DNA of 64,000 nucleotides from an uncultured delta proteobacterium (GCA_963724765.1 CAVRVY010000003.1:96001-160000); one strand, 5' to 3'. Shown: positions 9,970 through 21,061, counted from the stretch's first letter. A program made the numbers and translations. Notes: generated by a model from the letters alone, not told the origin.

Positions 9970-10396
9970 CTTAATCCGACTGCCGAGTGGATCGCTGGAC
10001 AGGTGACTGACGCTTTCCGCTGGGACGAAGCGCCAAATCATCTGATTCGCGACCGCGACGGGGCCTTCGGCCCAACCTACACTCATCGCATTCGGGCAAT
10101 GGGGATCCGGGATCATGCGGCCGCGCCGCGCTCACCGTGGCAGAATGGTCCCATCGAGCGCCTCATTGGCGATTCGGCGCGAAAGCGTCGATCACTTGGT
10201 CGTGTTCGACGAAGCGGACTTGCGTCGCGTTCTGAGGAATTACGCTTCCTATTACAACCAGGTCCGGACGCATCTCTCATTGGACAAGAATGCGCCCGAT
10301 TTTCGGCGTCCGCAGAAGCTCGGCCCATCGCAGCCATCCCAATTCTGGGTGGGCTGCATCACCAATATGTCAGGGTTTTGGTTTTCACTAAGCATA
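9970..10396 (+). mobile_element. rve-integrase IS 3' remnant (frameshifted)
   Basis: PTAEWIAGQVTDAF, LIRDRDGAFG, PRSPWQNGPIERLI, YYNQVRTHLSL, GGLHHQY. Confidence 0.8.
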
Positions 10397-10524
10397 ACCA
10401 GCGTTTTAGACTGTAGAGAACGGCGGTGGTGGTATCCTCGGCGAGCGCGTACGCCAGTTTGATACTGCTATTTGAGGGGGTCGGTCTGATCAGGGCGCAC
10501 ACGTCACTCAATCGAGGCCGCACG

Positions 10525-12315
10525 ATGACCAGACGCGTCGCTGTAGTACTCTGGTGTGGGGTTCTGCTTGGCGCTCTGATCGCGTCCACATTCTCGCAAG
10601 CGGCCGCGAAGGTAAACGAAAAATCCGAAGCCACGAATCGCCTTCTGACACTCGTCGCGGCGCAATTCCCGAATCTGACGGAGGCAGAGCGAGCGTTGCT
10701 CGTATTCGTCGACCTCAAGAAACGCGCTCAAGGCGACTTCGCGCTCGCCGGCCCCAGCGCAGCCGCCAGTGATATGAGCAACGATCCCGTGCATGCCGAT
10801 CAATGGAACCACGAGCGAGATGTTCGCGCCGAGTTGATTCGATGGCTGTCCGTCGACCTCGATGCTTCACGGCTGGTCGACCCACGCGGCATCCGTCTGC
10901 TCGGCGCGAGAGTCACGGGCCGACTCGATCTCTCACGGGTTCACGTCCCCTTCCCGATCGTTTTGCGCAACTGTGCGGTACCGGAGCGCATTAGTTTCGC
11001 GGCGACCAGTATTCTTTTCCTCGACTTAGGGGGCAGCCATATCGGCGAAATGGACGCCCCCGGGATCGAGGTTGATAGCGACCTCCGGCTCGACTCCGGG
11101 TTTCAGGCCGCGGGCGAAGTCAACGTCGCCGAAGCGCGAATCGGCGGCGCATTGCTCACCTCGGGCCGCTTCAAGAGCTCAGCCATCGATTTAGATTTGT
11201 TCGATCCGAAAAACACGCAGAGGCGAGCATTTTACGGGCTGCAGATGCGCGTGGGGGGCAGCCTGGTTTTCCGCCATGTACATATCGACGGCGGCATCGA
11301 GCTCAGCGGCTCCACTATTGGCGCAGACCTCATCCTCGATGGAAGTTTTGTTAATCCCGGAATGATGGCGATCGACGCTTCCAGCACCGATATTGCCGGG
11401 AACGTCATTATCGGCTACGGGGTGCCCTTCGTATCAGATGGTTTGGTGAATTTTGTCACGGCGAGGATCGGCACGGACTTCTTTGTGGCACAGGGGATAT
11501 TTTCAGGCGCGGCCCGCGAACGCCATGGGCTCGACGCATCCGGAATTTCTGTGAAGAACGCGCTGGTGTGGACCAATGTAGCACTGCCCAATGGCGGCTT
11601 TCTGAATTTGACCGGGGCCAGCGCCGAGGCGCTGATCGACGACGAACAAAGCTGGCCCGCGCCGGGTAGCCTCCTCATCGATGGTTTCACCTACACCGGA
11701 TTTTCCCAAATCGGCCCAATCAACGCCGCCGGCGATGCCGGCACGCGGCTGCGCTGGTTGCGGCTCCAGTCAGGGTTTCATTCGCAGCCCTACCGTCAAC
11801 TCGCCAAGATCTTGCGCGAAAGCGGCGACGAGCCGGGCGCGACTGAAGTGCTGATCGCCAGCGATGACTTAAACTACCGTCGTTTCGGTCTGTCCGGGCG
11901 GATCTGGGGTGCATTTCTGAACACGACCATCGGTTACGGGTATCAGCCGCTGCGCGCCATGGTGTGGTCATTTGCAGTCGTGATCTTCGGATCCTTGGTC
12001 GTAGCGACAGGCAAACGCGCGGGCGTGATGCGTTTTAGGTGGCCAGAGGACACACCGCCACCGCCTGGAGATCCAGCGGCGGGACTTCATCCAATGCTCT
12101 ACTCGCTTGACGTGTTTGTGCCGTTCGTAAATCTTCATCAGGAGAACTACTGGTGGCCTGATGAGACAGCGTCGGGCGAGTGCGCGATCTTCGGCCAGAG
12201 GGTGCCGGTTCGCGGCTCAGTGCTGCGCTACTATCTATGGCTACAAATCGTCGCTGGTTGGCTGCTGAGCGCGATCTTCATCGCTGGAGTGACCGGTTTA
12301 GTCAGGAGCGACTAG
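10525..12315 (+). CDS. Membrane-associated beta-solenoid hypothetical protein
   Basis: Signal-like N-term; Gly/hydrophobic repeats (GARVTGRLDLS, EARIGGAL); QPYRQLAKILRESGD; C-terminal TMs with YSLDVFVPFVNLHQENYWWP. Confidence 0.75.
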   Translation: MTRRVAVVLWCGVLLGALIASTFSQAAAKVNEKSEATNRLLTLVAAQFPNLTEAERALLVFVDLKKRAQGDFALAGPSAAASDMSNDPVHADQWNHERDVRAELIRWLSVDLDASRLVDPRGIRLLGARVTGRLDLSRVHVPFPIVLRNCAVPERISFAATSILFLDLGGSHIGEMDAPGIEVDSDLRLDSGFQAAGEVNVAEARIGGALLTSGRFKSSAIDLDLFDPKNTQRRAFYGLQMRVGGSLVFRHVHIDGGIELSGSTIGADLILDGSFVNPGMMAIDASSTDIAGNVIIGYGVPFVSDGLVNFVTARIGTDFFVAQGIFSGAARERHGLDASGISVKNALVWTNVALPNGGFLNLTGASAEALIDDEQSWPAPGSLLIDGFTYTGFSQIGPINAAGDAGTRLRWLRLQSGFHSQPYRQLAKILRESGDEPGATEVLIASDDLNYRRFGLSGRIWGAFLNTTIGYGYQPLRAMVWSFAVVIFGSLVVATGKRAGVMRFRWPEDTPPPPGDPAAGLHPMLYSLDVFVPFVNLHQENYWWPDETASGECAIFGQRVPVRGSVLRYYLWLQIVAGWLLSAIFIAGVTGLVRSD

Positions 12316-12512
12316 TGGTGGTTTTTGGAGTTTGTACTGTCGATACTCACTAACTATCCATAACAGCCATGGAACTGAATCCGCGTTGAAAAATGCGCCC
12401 CCCGCTGTATGAGGAATCTAGCGACTGACGCCAGCGCGGCCGGCGAGATTCTTCGCTACAGCACTTTGCGCTCAGAATGACATGGTGCACCGCTTTGCCT
12501 CGGTGCAGCTAG

Positions 12513-13106
<594 letters not shown>

Positions 13107-13602
13107 GCAGAGCGCGAGGGGGAAGCTGAACGCGTGCGGCTGCGTCAGTTTTACTCCGGGACCGCGGGGAAGATTGCGGCGTTGCGTCACCGGCGGGCTA
13201 GGCAACTCGTTGAGCGTGGCAAAGTTTCGGCTGTTTGCTGGCATCCTGGGCAAGATCACGGCGTTGCCGCGACCGGCGGGATAGGGTTCTTGGCGCTCAC
13301 CCTCAAGTCGCGCGAGCAAAAAGGACGATGTGAAACGCACCTGCAAATCGGGCACAGATGTGCTGGAGCAGGACCGGGAGCGCTCGAAACAACGCAAGCC
13401 GTCCGCTTCGGGGCCCAGGTTCGGTCAAGACCGGGAGCGAGGGGGCACGATCGCTTGCCCCATAGCTTGAGTGGGGCTATGAAAAAAATAGTTGGAGCGT
13501 CAAAATGATATGGATGGACCCAGCCCCGTTTTCTAAAACGGCCTCATGAAGGGCCAGGATGGTAATCTCGACCATCCGACAGAATAACGGGGAGGGTCCA
13601 AG

Positions 13603-14643
13603 GTGAAGGTTAAAACACTCGGCATCGACCTGGCAAAGGAGACGTTCGGACTGCACGGAGTAGACGCCCTTGGGCGAATGGTGGTGCACCAGCGGGTCAC
13701 GCGCAAGCACCTGCGGGGTTTTCTGGTGAAGCTGGAGCCGTGCCTGGTGGGGCTGGAAGCGTGCGGCTCGGCGCACTATTGGGCGCGAGAGATCGAGAAG
13801 CTGGGTCACACGGTTAAGCTGATGAGCCCGCAGTTCGTCATCCCCTACCGCAAGGGCAATAAGAATGACCCCAACGACGCCGAGGCGATCTGCGAGGCGG
13901 TAACCAGGCCGTCGATGCGCTTCGTACCGATCAAGCACGAAGAGCAACAGGATTTACAGGCGCTCCATCGGGTGCGCGAGCAGTTAGTCAAGAACCGCAC
14001 CGCACTGGCTAATCAGATTAGAGGGCTATTGCGTGAGCGCGGAGTAGTAGTGGCACAAGCGATCGCGCGGCTGCGCGCTGCCTTGCCGCTGATCCTGGAG
14101 GACCAGAGCAATCGCCTGAGTGGGCTGCTGCGCGAGCTTTTGGGCGAGATGGCCGAGCGGCTGCGGATGCTCGACGATCGTCTGCGGCAGTACGACCAGC
14201 GGATCGCGCACGTTTGCCAGCAGGACGAACGGTGCCGGCGGCTGGTTAAAGTCGAAGGCGTCGGTCCGCTGGTGGCGACGGCTGTGGTCGCGGCGATAGG
14301 TAATGCGCGGCAGTTCACCAACGGCCGCGAGCTCAGCGCCTGGCTGGGGCTGGTGCCGCGCGAGCACTCAAGCGGCCAGCGCACGATGTTGCTCGGCATC
14401 AGCAAGCGCGGCAATCGTTACCTGCGCACGCTGCTCATCCACGGGGCACGAGCTGCCACCCGCGTGGCTGAGCGCAAACGCGACCCGCGTAGTATCTGGC
14501 TGAGCCGGCTTAAGCTCAGAGGCGGGCCCAACGTGGCGGCGGTAGCCCTGGCCAACAAGAACGCGCGAGTGATGTGGGCACTGCTCGCTCGCGGCGACTC
14601 CTATCGGGTGCGGCCAGCGATGGACCGAGCGGCCGCGGCCTGA
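13603..14643 (+). CDS. IS110-family DEDD transposase/recombinase
   Basis: GIDLAK, GLEACG, KNDPNDAEAI, WLGLVPREHSSG, ISKRGNRYLR. Confidence 0.95.
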   Translation: MKVKTLGIDLAKETFGLHGVDALGRMVVHQRVTRKHLRGFLVKLEPCLVGLEACGSAHYWAREIEKLGHTVKLMSPQFVIPYRKGNKNDPNDAEAICEAVTRPSMRFVPIKHEEQQDLQALHRVREQLVKNRTALANQIRGLLRERGVVVAQAIARLRAALPLILEDQSNRLSGLLRELLGEMAERLRMLDDRLRQYDQRIAHVCQQDERCRRLVKVEGVGPLVATAVVAAIGNARQFTNGRELSAWLGLVPREHSSGQRTMLLGISKRGNRYLRTLLIHGARAATRVAERKRDPRSIWLSRLKLRGGPNVAAVALANKNARVMWALLARGDSYRVRPAMDRAAAA

Positions 14644-14899
14644 CAGGAGAAAATCAAGAACTGGAGTACCTGCCAAAGGTTGCGAAGGTGGTCTGGCAAT
14701 GTTGATGGCGAACCGGTCAGAACCGGCGTCTTCCAAACCTGTGAATTTCCAAGGCCCTTTAAGGCCGGCAAAACGGTAAGGTAATGAAGACGAGCGGAAA
14801 TCCATCAGGGCCCGGGGCAATCACAACGCCCCATTTACAGAGGCCGAATATACGGATGCAACCGGAATCCTGTCATCACGCTCGAGACCCCTTTGCACA
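14644..14899 (+). ncRNA. Putative seekRNA/bridge-RNA-encoding region
   Basis: Lies between the transposase stop and the right IR, as established for IS1111-type elements; structure not computed. Confidence 0.6.
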
Positions 14900-15004
14900 G
14901 GGGCTGGGTCCATATACGGAAATTTCGGATAAAGCGGAAATTCCGGCTACGGTCGTCCGGGCTTGTAACGTGTGGATCGGTAAGTAGGCATTGGAGAGAC
15001 GGCA

Positions 15005-16111
15005 ATGCCGAGTGACGCGACCTCATCGACGGAAAATCAACCAGCTCCCCTGAGCGTATCCAGCAGACTGGCGCGATTGGCGGGCATCGGCGTTGTCATA
15101 CTATGTGTCGTCGGAGGGTTTCTCTATTTAGGAGGCTGGTTCAATCCGCATGAACTAACGCCTGCGCGGTTCGCCACCGGTTTTGAAAAGGTCTACGGAA
15201 TCAACTCCGGTTTCCGTCGCAATCATGCCAAGGGCGTGTGCGTCGGAGGTTTTTTCGATAGCAATGGCCAGGGAACGCGCCTCTCGAAGGCCGTTCTGTT
15301 CCGGACCGGCCGCGTGCCGATCATCGGCCGCTTCTCGCTCGGCGGCGGCAATCCCTATGTTCGCGATACTCCCGACGCGATCCGTGGCCTAGGACTTCTC
15401 TTTCGGTCGCGCGATGGCGAAGAGTGGCGGACGGCGATGATCAATCGTCCGGTATTTCCGTTCAACACCCCGCAGGCCTTTTACGACAACTTGATTGCTT
15501 CGCAACCCGATCCCGACACGCATAAACCCGATCAGGAAAAAATGGCGGCGTTCGTGGCCAGCCATCCCGAATTTGTGCGGGCGGTAAAGATCATCCAAAG
15601 CCATCAGGTGTCGTCCGGTTTCGACAACAGCACTTTCAACGGCCTTAATGCGTTCCATTTCATCAACGCGGCCGATGTCTCGACGCCGGTTCGATGGTCG
15701 ATGGTGCCGGTGGATGCGTTTAAGCCTGAAGGCACGGCTCAATCCGCCAATCCCGACAAGAATTATCTCTTCGACGATTTCATCGCGCGGATTCATAGTG
15801 CGCCCGTGCAGTGGCGGCTGATCCTCACGGTTGGGCAACCCGGCGACCCTACCGACGATGCGACGATCCCATGGCTGGAAGATCGGGAGCACGTCGATGC
15901 CGGTACGCTAACCCTCGACGAAGTTGAGCCTGAGGCGCCTGGAAACTGTCGCGACATCAACTTCGATCCGTTGGTGTTGCCGGTCGGCATTGCACCGTCC
16001 GACGATCCTTTGCTCAGCGCTCGATCGGCAGTTTATTCGCAATCGTTTACAAGACGAGCGGGCGAGAAGAAGGAGCCGAGCGCGATCACGCCTTCGGACG
16101 TGCGAAAGTGA
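15005..16111 (+). CDS. Catalase-related peroxidase (SrpA-like)
   Basis: FRRNHAKGVCVGG, GRFSLGGG, SDDPLLSARSAVY; N-terminal TM. Confidence 0.92.
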   Translation: MPSDATSSTENQPAPLSVSSRLARLAGIGVVILCVVGGFLYLGGWFNPHELTPARFATGFEKVYGINSGFRRNHAKGVCVGGFFDSNGQGTRLSKAVLFRTGRVPIIGRFSLGGGNPYVRDTPDAIRGLGLLFRSRDGEEWRTAMINRPVFPFNTPQAFYDNLIASQPDPDTHKPDQEKMAAFVASHPEFVRAVKIIQSHQVSSGFDNSTFNGLNAFHFINAADVSTPVRWSMVPVDAFKPEGTAQSANPDKNYLFDDFIARIHSAPVQWRLILTVGQPGDPTDDATIPWLEDREHVDAGTLTLDEVEPEAPGNCRDINFDPLVLPVGIAPSDDPLLSARSAVYSQSFTRRAGEKKEPSAITPSDVRK

Positions 16112-16665
16112 GCGTCAGGATGACGACGGAGCCGCAGCAATTCCCGGTTTCCATGCGGTTTCTTCACTGGTTCATGGCCGCGATGGTGCTGACCATGCTC
16201 GGCATTGGTGTTGCCATGGTCGCGTCGCTCGCCGACTACCATTGGCTAGTATCAATCCATCGCCCAGTGGGGATCCTGATCTTGATTTTGGTGGTGATCC
16301 GGTTCGTGAACCGGCGCTTCAGCACCCTGCCTCCTTTTCCTGCGACGATGTCGTCTCAGGAGCGCTTCATTGCACACGCGTCGGAAATGTTGCTTTACAC
16401 ATTGCTGTTTGTGCAGCCTCTGGTCGGCTGGGGGATGTTGTCCGCGGCGCGCTATCCGATCGTACTGTATGGGCCGCTGCATCTTTTCCCCATCCTTCCG
16501 CATAGCGTGATGTTGTACGCGGTATTGCGGAAGGTGCACACGGTTCTCGCCTACCTCTTATTCCTCGCGTTCATCGCCCATTTTGGAGCTGTTCTGTTTC
16601 ACACGCTGATCCTGCGGGATCGGTTGTTCAACCGCATGGCGCCTTATAGAGTCCCCGCACGCTAG
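16108..16665 (+). CDS. Cytochrome b561-like protein
   Basis: RFLHW, IHRPVG, VHTVLAY, HFGAVLFH heme His residues in four TMs; coupled to the catalase gene. Confidence 0.9.
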   Translation: MSVRMTTEPQQFPVSMRFLHWFMAAMVLTMLGIGVAMVASLADYHWLVSIHRPVGILILILVVIRFVNRRFSTLPPFPATMSSQERFIAHASEMLLYTLLFVQPLVGWGMLSAARYPIVLYGPLHLFPILPHSVMLYAVLRKVHTVLAYLLFLAFIAHFGAVLFHTLILRDRLFNRMAPYRVPAR

Positions 16666-16966
16666 CGAGTTCCTGCAACACGGCACTCTACTCGCTGTCG
16701 ACGTGTGGCAATCGCGTATCAAAGCTTTGCGGCGCAGGGGGGCGGGGCCGTGCCAGCACAATTGCGTAGCTTGCCTGCCGCCTCTCCTCGCGAGAAGCGC
16801 CGATGGCCTCTGATTCCGATTTCAGCGCTCGCCCTAATTTTGTGGATCTAGTTCAAAGCAATCATCGATAGCTCCTTCACTCCAGACAGACTCGCCACTT
16901 CACTGCGCTACCGCAAGGCTTCTGCACGCGCCCTGTCCACGAAGCCATCGAGCAGTGTTCAACAGA

Positions 16967-16997
16967 GGGGCGAGGAGGGCAGCCCTCCTCGCGCCCC
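16967..16997. terminator. GC-rich palindrome between convergent genes
   Basis: gcgaggagggc-a-gccctcctcgc flanked by gggg/cccc; no U-tract. Confidence 0.4.
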
Positions 16998-17132
16998 ACC
17001 CCGGAAGCCCCGGGTGGATCAGCTTTACTTCGGCGATCTCGCCGAAAGGCGGGTCAGAATTAAATCGGCGTTGACAACTGCGAAAAAGTGCTGTGAGGCA
17101 ATGGGTTGGCGGAGGTTCGTTTTGCGTTATCT

Positions 17133-17381
17133 CTACGCTCGCGTTGCTCGTGCAACCGGGCGGACCACAGGGCAGGGCTTGTCGGTGCCGCAGAGATCCG
17201 GGTCGCGAGGCTCCAAGCTAGCCGGCCGTGCGGGAGCCGTGAGCCCGTGCTCGAATCGGACTATCAGCAATCGCTCACCTCGGTCGACAAGCGCGCGAGT
17301 CACTATCGCAGGCCACCAACTTCCGTCCCATACCCACACGGCGGCAATGGGCTCGATTTGCTTTGGTCGTGAAGCTTGCAC
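17133..17381 (-). CDS. Small hypothetical protein, SH3/Tudor-like beta pattern
   Basis: VWVWDGSWWPAIV...LLIVRFEHG. Confidence 0.45.
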   Translation of the reverse strand: MQASRPKQIEPIAAVWVWDGSWWPAIVTRALVDRGERLLIVRFEHGLTAPARPASLEPRDPDLCGTDKPCPVVRPVARATRA

Positions 17382-17621
17382 GGATGTCTCCTAACTTTAC
17401 TACAGTGCTCGACGGTCGCGCTTATTCATAAGTGCAGGAAAAGTCCCCGGCGGTACGTCGTCTGGGAGTACGCGCACAGCCGGGGAAAGGAGAGTCGTTT
17501 TGGGTCGGCCATCGGGGGCCATCAGCTGACGGGGGAGGAAGAGTCGCTCGCGCCCGGGCGTCGTCGAGGGTTGTCTTTTGAAGTGGTTGCTCACCGCTTG
17601 TCAATCGCTGCGTCTAGGCGA

Positions 17622-18053
17622 CTACTGTGAAACGAGCATCTGCGAGGTGGTGGTAAGTTTCAGAGCGACCGGCGAGAGGAAGGGTATTTGAAATTGATAC
17701 GTGTATGAGATTGTAACCTGCGCATCATCTTGCGACGGTAGAATATGGGGATCGGTGGGCCAACTCACACTTATGTCGGCTGGAGTCAAGTTGAGCGCGG
17801 GCGCGTAATTGATGGTGAGCTGCTGAATCTGCGAGGTGGTGGCCGGACTAGCGCTGGTGGGCGAATGCACAATGGCGTAACGTACCGCCTCGCGAGCCGC
17901 CGAACTGACCGTGTTGTAGTTGTAAACGGCTAAACCCATCTCCATAATGCCGAAGAGCAGTAAGAGCAACAGCATGGCCGACAAAGCGAATTCGACCATG
18001 GTTTGGCCCGCCCGATACTGTTTCTTAGAGAACGAAGCAGTACGAAGTTTCAT
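17622..18053 (-). CDS. tadE: TadE-family pseudopilin
   Basis: GQTMVEFAL + TM + AAREAVRYA. Confidence 0.9.
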   Translation of the reverse strand: MKLRTASFSKKQYRAGQTMVEFALSAMLLLLLLFGIMEMGLAVYNYNTVSSAAREAVRYAIVHSPTSASPATTSQIQQLTINYAPALNLTPADISVSWPTDPHILPSQDDAQVTISYTYQFQIPFLSPVALKLTTTSQMLVSQ

Positions 18054-18535
18054 TGCTCAACCTGCATGATGGCCTTGCCCGACAGCGTCGTCGAAGGGGG
18101 GATGCCGGGATAATTCACTAGCGTATGAAAGAGCGCCTGGGTGTCAACCTCAACGAAGGTTGCCTGTGGGTCGTTCGTACAATAGCTCGCCGTACAGGCC
18201 GCCACGGATGTTGACGACTCGCAAGTGCACTGGCTCGCGGTCGCGCCCAGACTGGTGATGTTCGACCCGTCCGTCTTGGCGGCTGCAATCATCCCGTTAA
18301 GATCGGCCGCAGTGATGACGGTTTGCGACCCATACTGGGCGCCGGCCCGCGCCGCGTTGTTCACTTCAACGCTCATGTAAAAGATCCGGCCAAAGTCGGC
18401 GCCGGCGAGCAGCAAAAGGACAAGCACAGGGATGGCGAACGCCAGCTCGACGGCGCTTTGGCCCCTTACGAAAAGGCCGCGCCGCAAGGCCCTTCGGAGC
18501 CCTGCTTTACGACAACAGCTATTCATAAAGCGCAT
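18050..18535 (-). CDS. tadE: TadE-family pseudopilin
   Basis: GQSAVELAF + TM + AARAGAQYG. Confidence 0.9.
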   Translation of the reverse strand: MRFMNSCCRKAGLRRALRRGLFVRGQSAVELAFAIPVLVLLLLAGADFGRIFYMSVEVNNAARAGAQYGSQTVITAADLNGMIAAAKTDGSNITSLGATASQCTCESSTSVAACTASYCTNDPQATFVEVDTQALFHTLVNYPGIPPSTTLSGKAIMQVEQ

Positions 18536-20120
18536 CCGACTGAATCGGCGATTGGCCGCCGAGCGACGAGTAATCGCTGCCGAGTGTCATCGTCGTAGTA
18601 CCAGTGAACTTGATGGTGTCGGCAATCAGGGACGTATAGCCCGATCCGCTGGAGGTGCCATCGTAGGCAAGTGCAGTGGTGGGAAAATAGAGCACCCCGT
18701 CGAAGGTGGAGCTTGAAGTGCCAGTGATGGTGCTCTGCGCTGAGCCGGCGGGGATCGAACGATCCTGCATGACGAGTATCCCCTTATACGGACCCGATGT
18801 GGGCGCACTAAGATTCGAGGTCGCGGTACCTTTCAAGCTGATTGGGCCGTAGGCGTATCCCGGACTCGTCGTGTCATAGAAAGTCACGCCCGTGCCTTGG
18901 AGTGTCGCGGTCCCGGTGACCGACAGACCGCCCCCCGCCAATACGTAAGTGCCAGGATTAAACGTAAGATTGGCGCTGCCGGTGACTGAAATACCGCCGT
19001 AATAGGTGCCTGGACTTAAAGTCAGCGTATTGGTCCCGGATATCAGGACAGGGCCGTCGAAGGTGTACTGTCCGCCCGGGTTGAAAGTTGTCGTAGCGGT
19101 TCCTTCGATATGAATGCTGTCGCCGCCGCCGCTACCCTGATACTGGCCGGGATTAAAAGTTATGCTGCCCGAGGTGCCATCCACGACAATACCGTCTCCA
19201 TAGGTTCCGCCGCTGAAGGTGGAGTTGCCGGTTCCTTGGATGGATACGCCTCCGGCGTAGACGCTCGGAGGCACTGTCACCGTTCCGTAAGTGCCGCTAA
19301 CGCTATAACTTCCGCTGCTGGTCGAACTTGCCGGGATGTAAGTGGCAACGCTGGGCTCCGCAAGCGAAATGAGGGGGTCCGGGGCGGCAGCAACTGCCGT
19401 GACCGGCTCCGGCGATACTGTGATAGTGCCGTGAGGAGTATAGTCGCCAACCACGCCAATAGAGTTGGCCGTAAAGTTCACGGTCCCGCTAAGATCGAGC
19501 GCGGTAGAACTGTTCGAGTTGTCGATTACGCCGCATTTGGCAGTGATGTTGGCGGTCCCGCTGACATATATAGCTTGCTGCGCGGCCGGGTCGAGAGAAT
19601 AGACGCAGGCCGGGCCATTGATCGTGCCGCTCACCGCCCGAGCGCTTACCTTCATTGAATTGTAGCCGAGCACCCGCAGAAAGTAGGTGGGCTCAGGTTG
19701 CGTGACTATGACTTCGACGTAATTCGAATTGCCGGCGTAGAGCCCGCTTGCGGGCGGATTATTAACCGCTATGGTCGCGCTGTTGGTGCCGTTGGTGAAG
19801 CCGTTGAGACTTGCGACGTTGTCAGCTGCCGACGCAATGCTTTCGCTGTTCCTAAGTGCCGTGGCACCCGCAATGGCGGCCGCGTCCGCAGCCGTCTGCA
19901 TGCGCCGCCGCCCGTTCCATAGCAGGCCCACGTCGGTAGCCAGAGCCGCGAACCCGATGAGGACGACCATTGCGATGGCTGTGAGAAACAGGAGTTGCCC
20001 GCAGGGTGATCCTCGTAAATTGCAAGAGTCTGCTCCCCCCTTTTTCTTGGAAGGTTCGGATGCGTGAGATTGTGACATCTGGCCAATCTCTTGTTCCGTT
20101 GCTGCTGTGCGAGCGCTCAT
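18519..20120 (-). CDS. TadG-like pilus protein with Gly/Thr-rich beta-helical C-term
   Basis: LATDVG...MQTAADAAAIAGA Tad N-domain; repeated (F/L)xPGxY motifs. Confidence 0.85.
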   Translation of the reverse strand: MSARTAATEQEIGQMSQSHASEPSKKKGGADSCNLRGSPCGQLLFLTAIAMVVLIGFAALATDVGLLWNGRRRMQTAADAAAIAGATALRNSESIASAADNVASLNGFTNGTNSATIAVNNPPASGLYAGNSNYVEVIVTQPEPTYFLRVLGYNSMKVSARAVSGTINGPACVYSLDPAAQQAIYVSGTANITAKCGVIDNSNSSTALDLSGTVNFTANSIGVVGDYTPHGTITVSPEPVTAVAAAPDPLISLAEPSVATYIPASSTSSGSYSVSGTYGTVTVPPSVYAGGVSIQGTGNSTFSGGTYGDGIVVDGTSGSITFNPGQYQGSGGGDSIHIEGTATTTFNPGGQYTFDGPVLISGTNTLTLSPGTYYGGISVTGSANLTFNPGTYVLAGGGLSVTGTATLQGTGVTFYDTTSPGYAYGPISLKGTATSNLSAPTSGPYKGILVMQDRSIPAGSAQSTITGTSSSTFDGVLYFPTTALAYDGTSSGSGYTSLIADTIKFTGTTTMTLGSDYSSLGGQSPIQSDALYE

Positions 20121-20164
20121 TTTTAAATCTCCCGGCTCTAGTTTAGGAGCGAGAAACTCGGCCT

Positions 20165-21061
20165 TTATAGCCGTGCCGCATTAACGTGATCGAGTTGCAG
20201 AGTATCGCCGCTTATAGAATGCCGCAGCTTGTTTCTAAGCGAGAGGTTCCTTTTGATAGTTACCGAGAAAGGCCTGCTCCTATTCTCGGTACCCATGATT
20301 AATTTGTCCGCATGCTGATGATCAATATGCAATCCGGCTCTCTCGACTAGCCCGATGTAATTAACGAACTCGGCACGCAGCCGGCTTTGACTGGTGCGCA
20401 GCAAATCTAGCTGTTTACCTAATTCAGCACGGTACCGGCCTCCCAGTTGGGCGCCCGAATACGCCAGAGCGCTTGCACCGAGAAGGCCCATCCACTCGTA
20501 TAGTCCGGTTGCGAATGGACTAGCAGACCAGACGGCGTTGATGCCAAACCAGGAAAGGCAGCCAAGTGTCAGCGCTCCTTGCCACCGGGCGCTCCATGGC
20601 ATCAGCGAGCCGCCAGCGACTAGAAGAAGCAGCGCCGACATGAGCAGCGGCTCGGTTTGCCCGGAACAGAGGCTAAGATAACTGGCGCTTACAAAGATAA
20701 GCCCGCAAAATCCAAAAACTAGCAGTCGCCAATTATAACGAAACCACACGGTCCAAGTGATGTAGAGGCATGCCGCACCGGCTACTAGGTTGAAAAGCTC
20801 GAACGGGTATACGGTGGCTGCCTGGACAGTTGAGGGTAGACTGATCCCTAATACAGCTCCCATCTCGAAAAGAATCACGAACAACACACCAGAGCGCACG
20901 AGCCGAGACAGCCAAGAGCGCTTGGTCTCTTCGCTTCTTAACACTTCGCGAAGAGATTGATAGGCATCCTGGCTCGAGTCATACTCCGGTCGGACTGGCC
21001 GTAGCCGGTGCTGAAATGCGTTCAATGCTAGATGTGAACTCGGTGATGCTGTCCTTGCCAC
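20165..21061 (-). CDS. Multi-TM membrane protein, probably the sensor part of a truncated signalling protein
   Basis: About six hydrophobic helices, LMPWSARWQG, then a coiled-coil; no output domain. Confidence 0.5.
   Translation of the reverse strand: MARTASPSSHLALNAFQHRLRPVRPEYDSSQDAYQSLREVLRSEETKRSWLSRLVRSGVLFVILFEMGAVLGISLPSTVQAATVYPFELFNLVAGAACLYITWTVWFRYNWRLLVFGFCGLIFVSASYLSLCSGQTEPLLMSALLLLVAGGSLMPWSARWQGALTLGCLSWFGINAVWSASPFATGLYEWMGLLGASALAYSGAQLGGRYRAELGKQLDLLRTSQSRLRAEFVNYIGLVERAGLHIDHQHADKLIMGTENRSRPFSVTIKRNLSLRNKLRHSISGDTLQLDHVNAARL

Larger units (their letters stand above)
13506..14916 (+). mobile_element. IS110-family element, IS1111 type, apparently complete
   Basis: Perfect 14-bp subterminal IRs atggacccagcccc (13514-13527) / ggggctgggtccat (14900-14913); ~255 bp non-coding region 3' of the transposase; exact ends approximate. 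Confidence 0.85.

Noticed and set aside
5329-10396. Active composite transposon around the defence candidate
   Set aside because: Both flanking IS copies are deleted remnants with different termini, and no target duplication is seen
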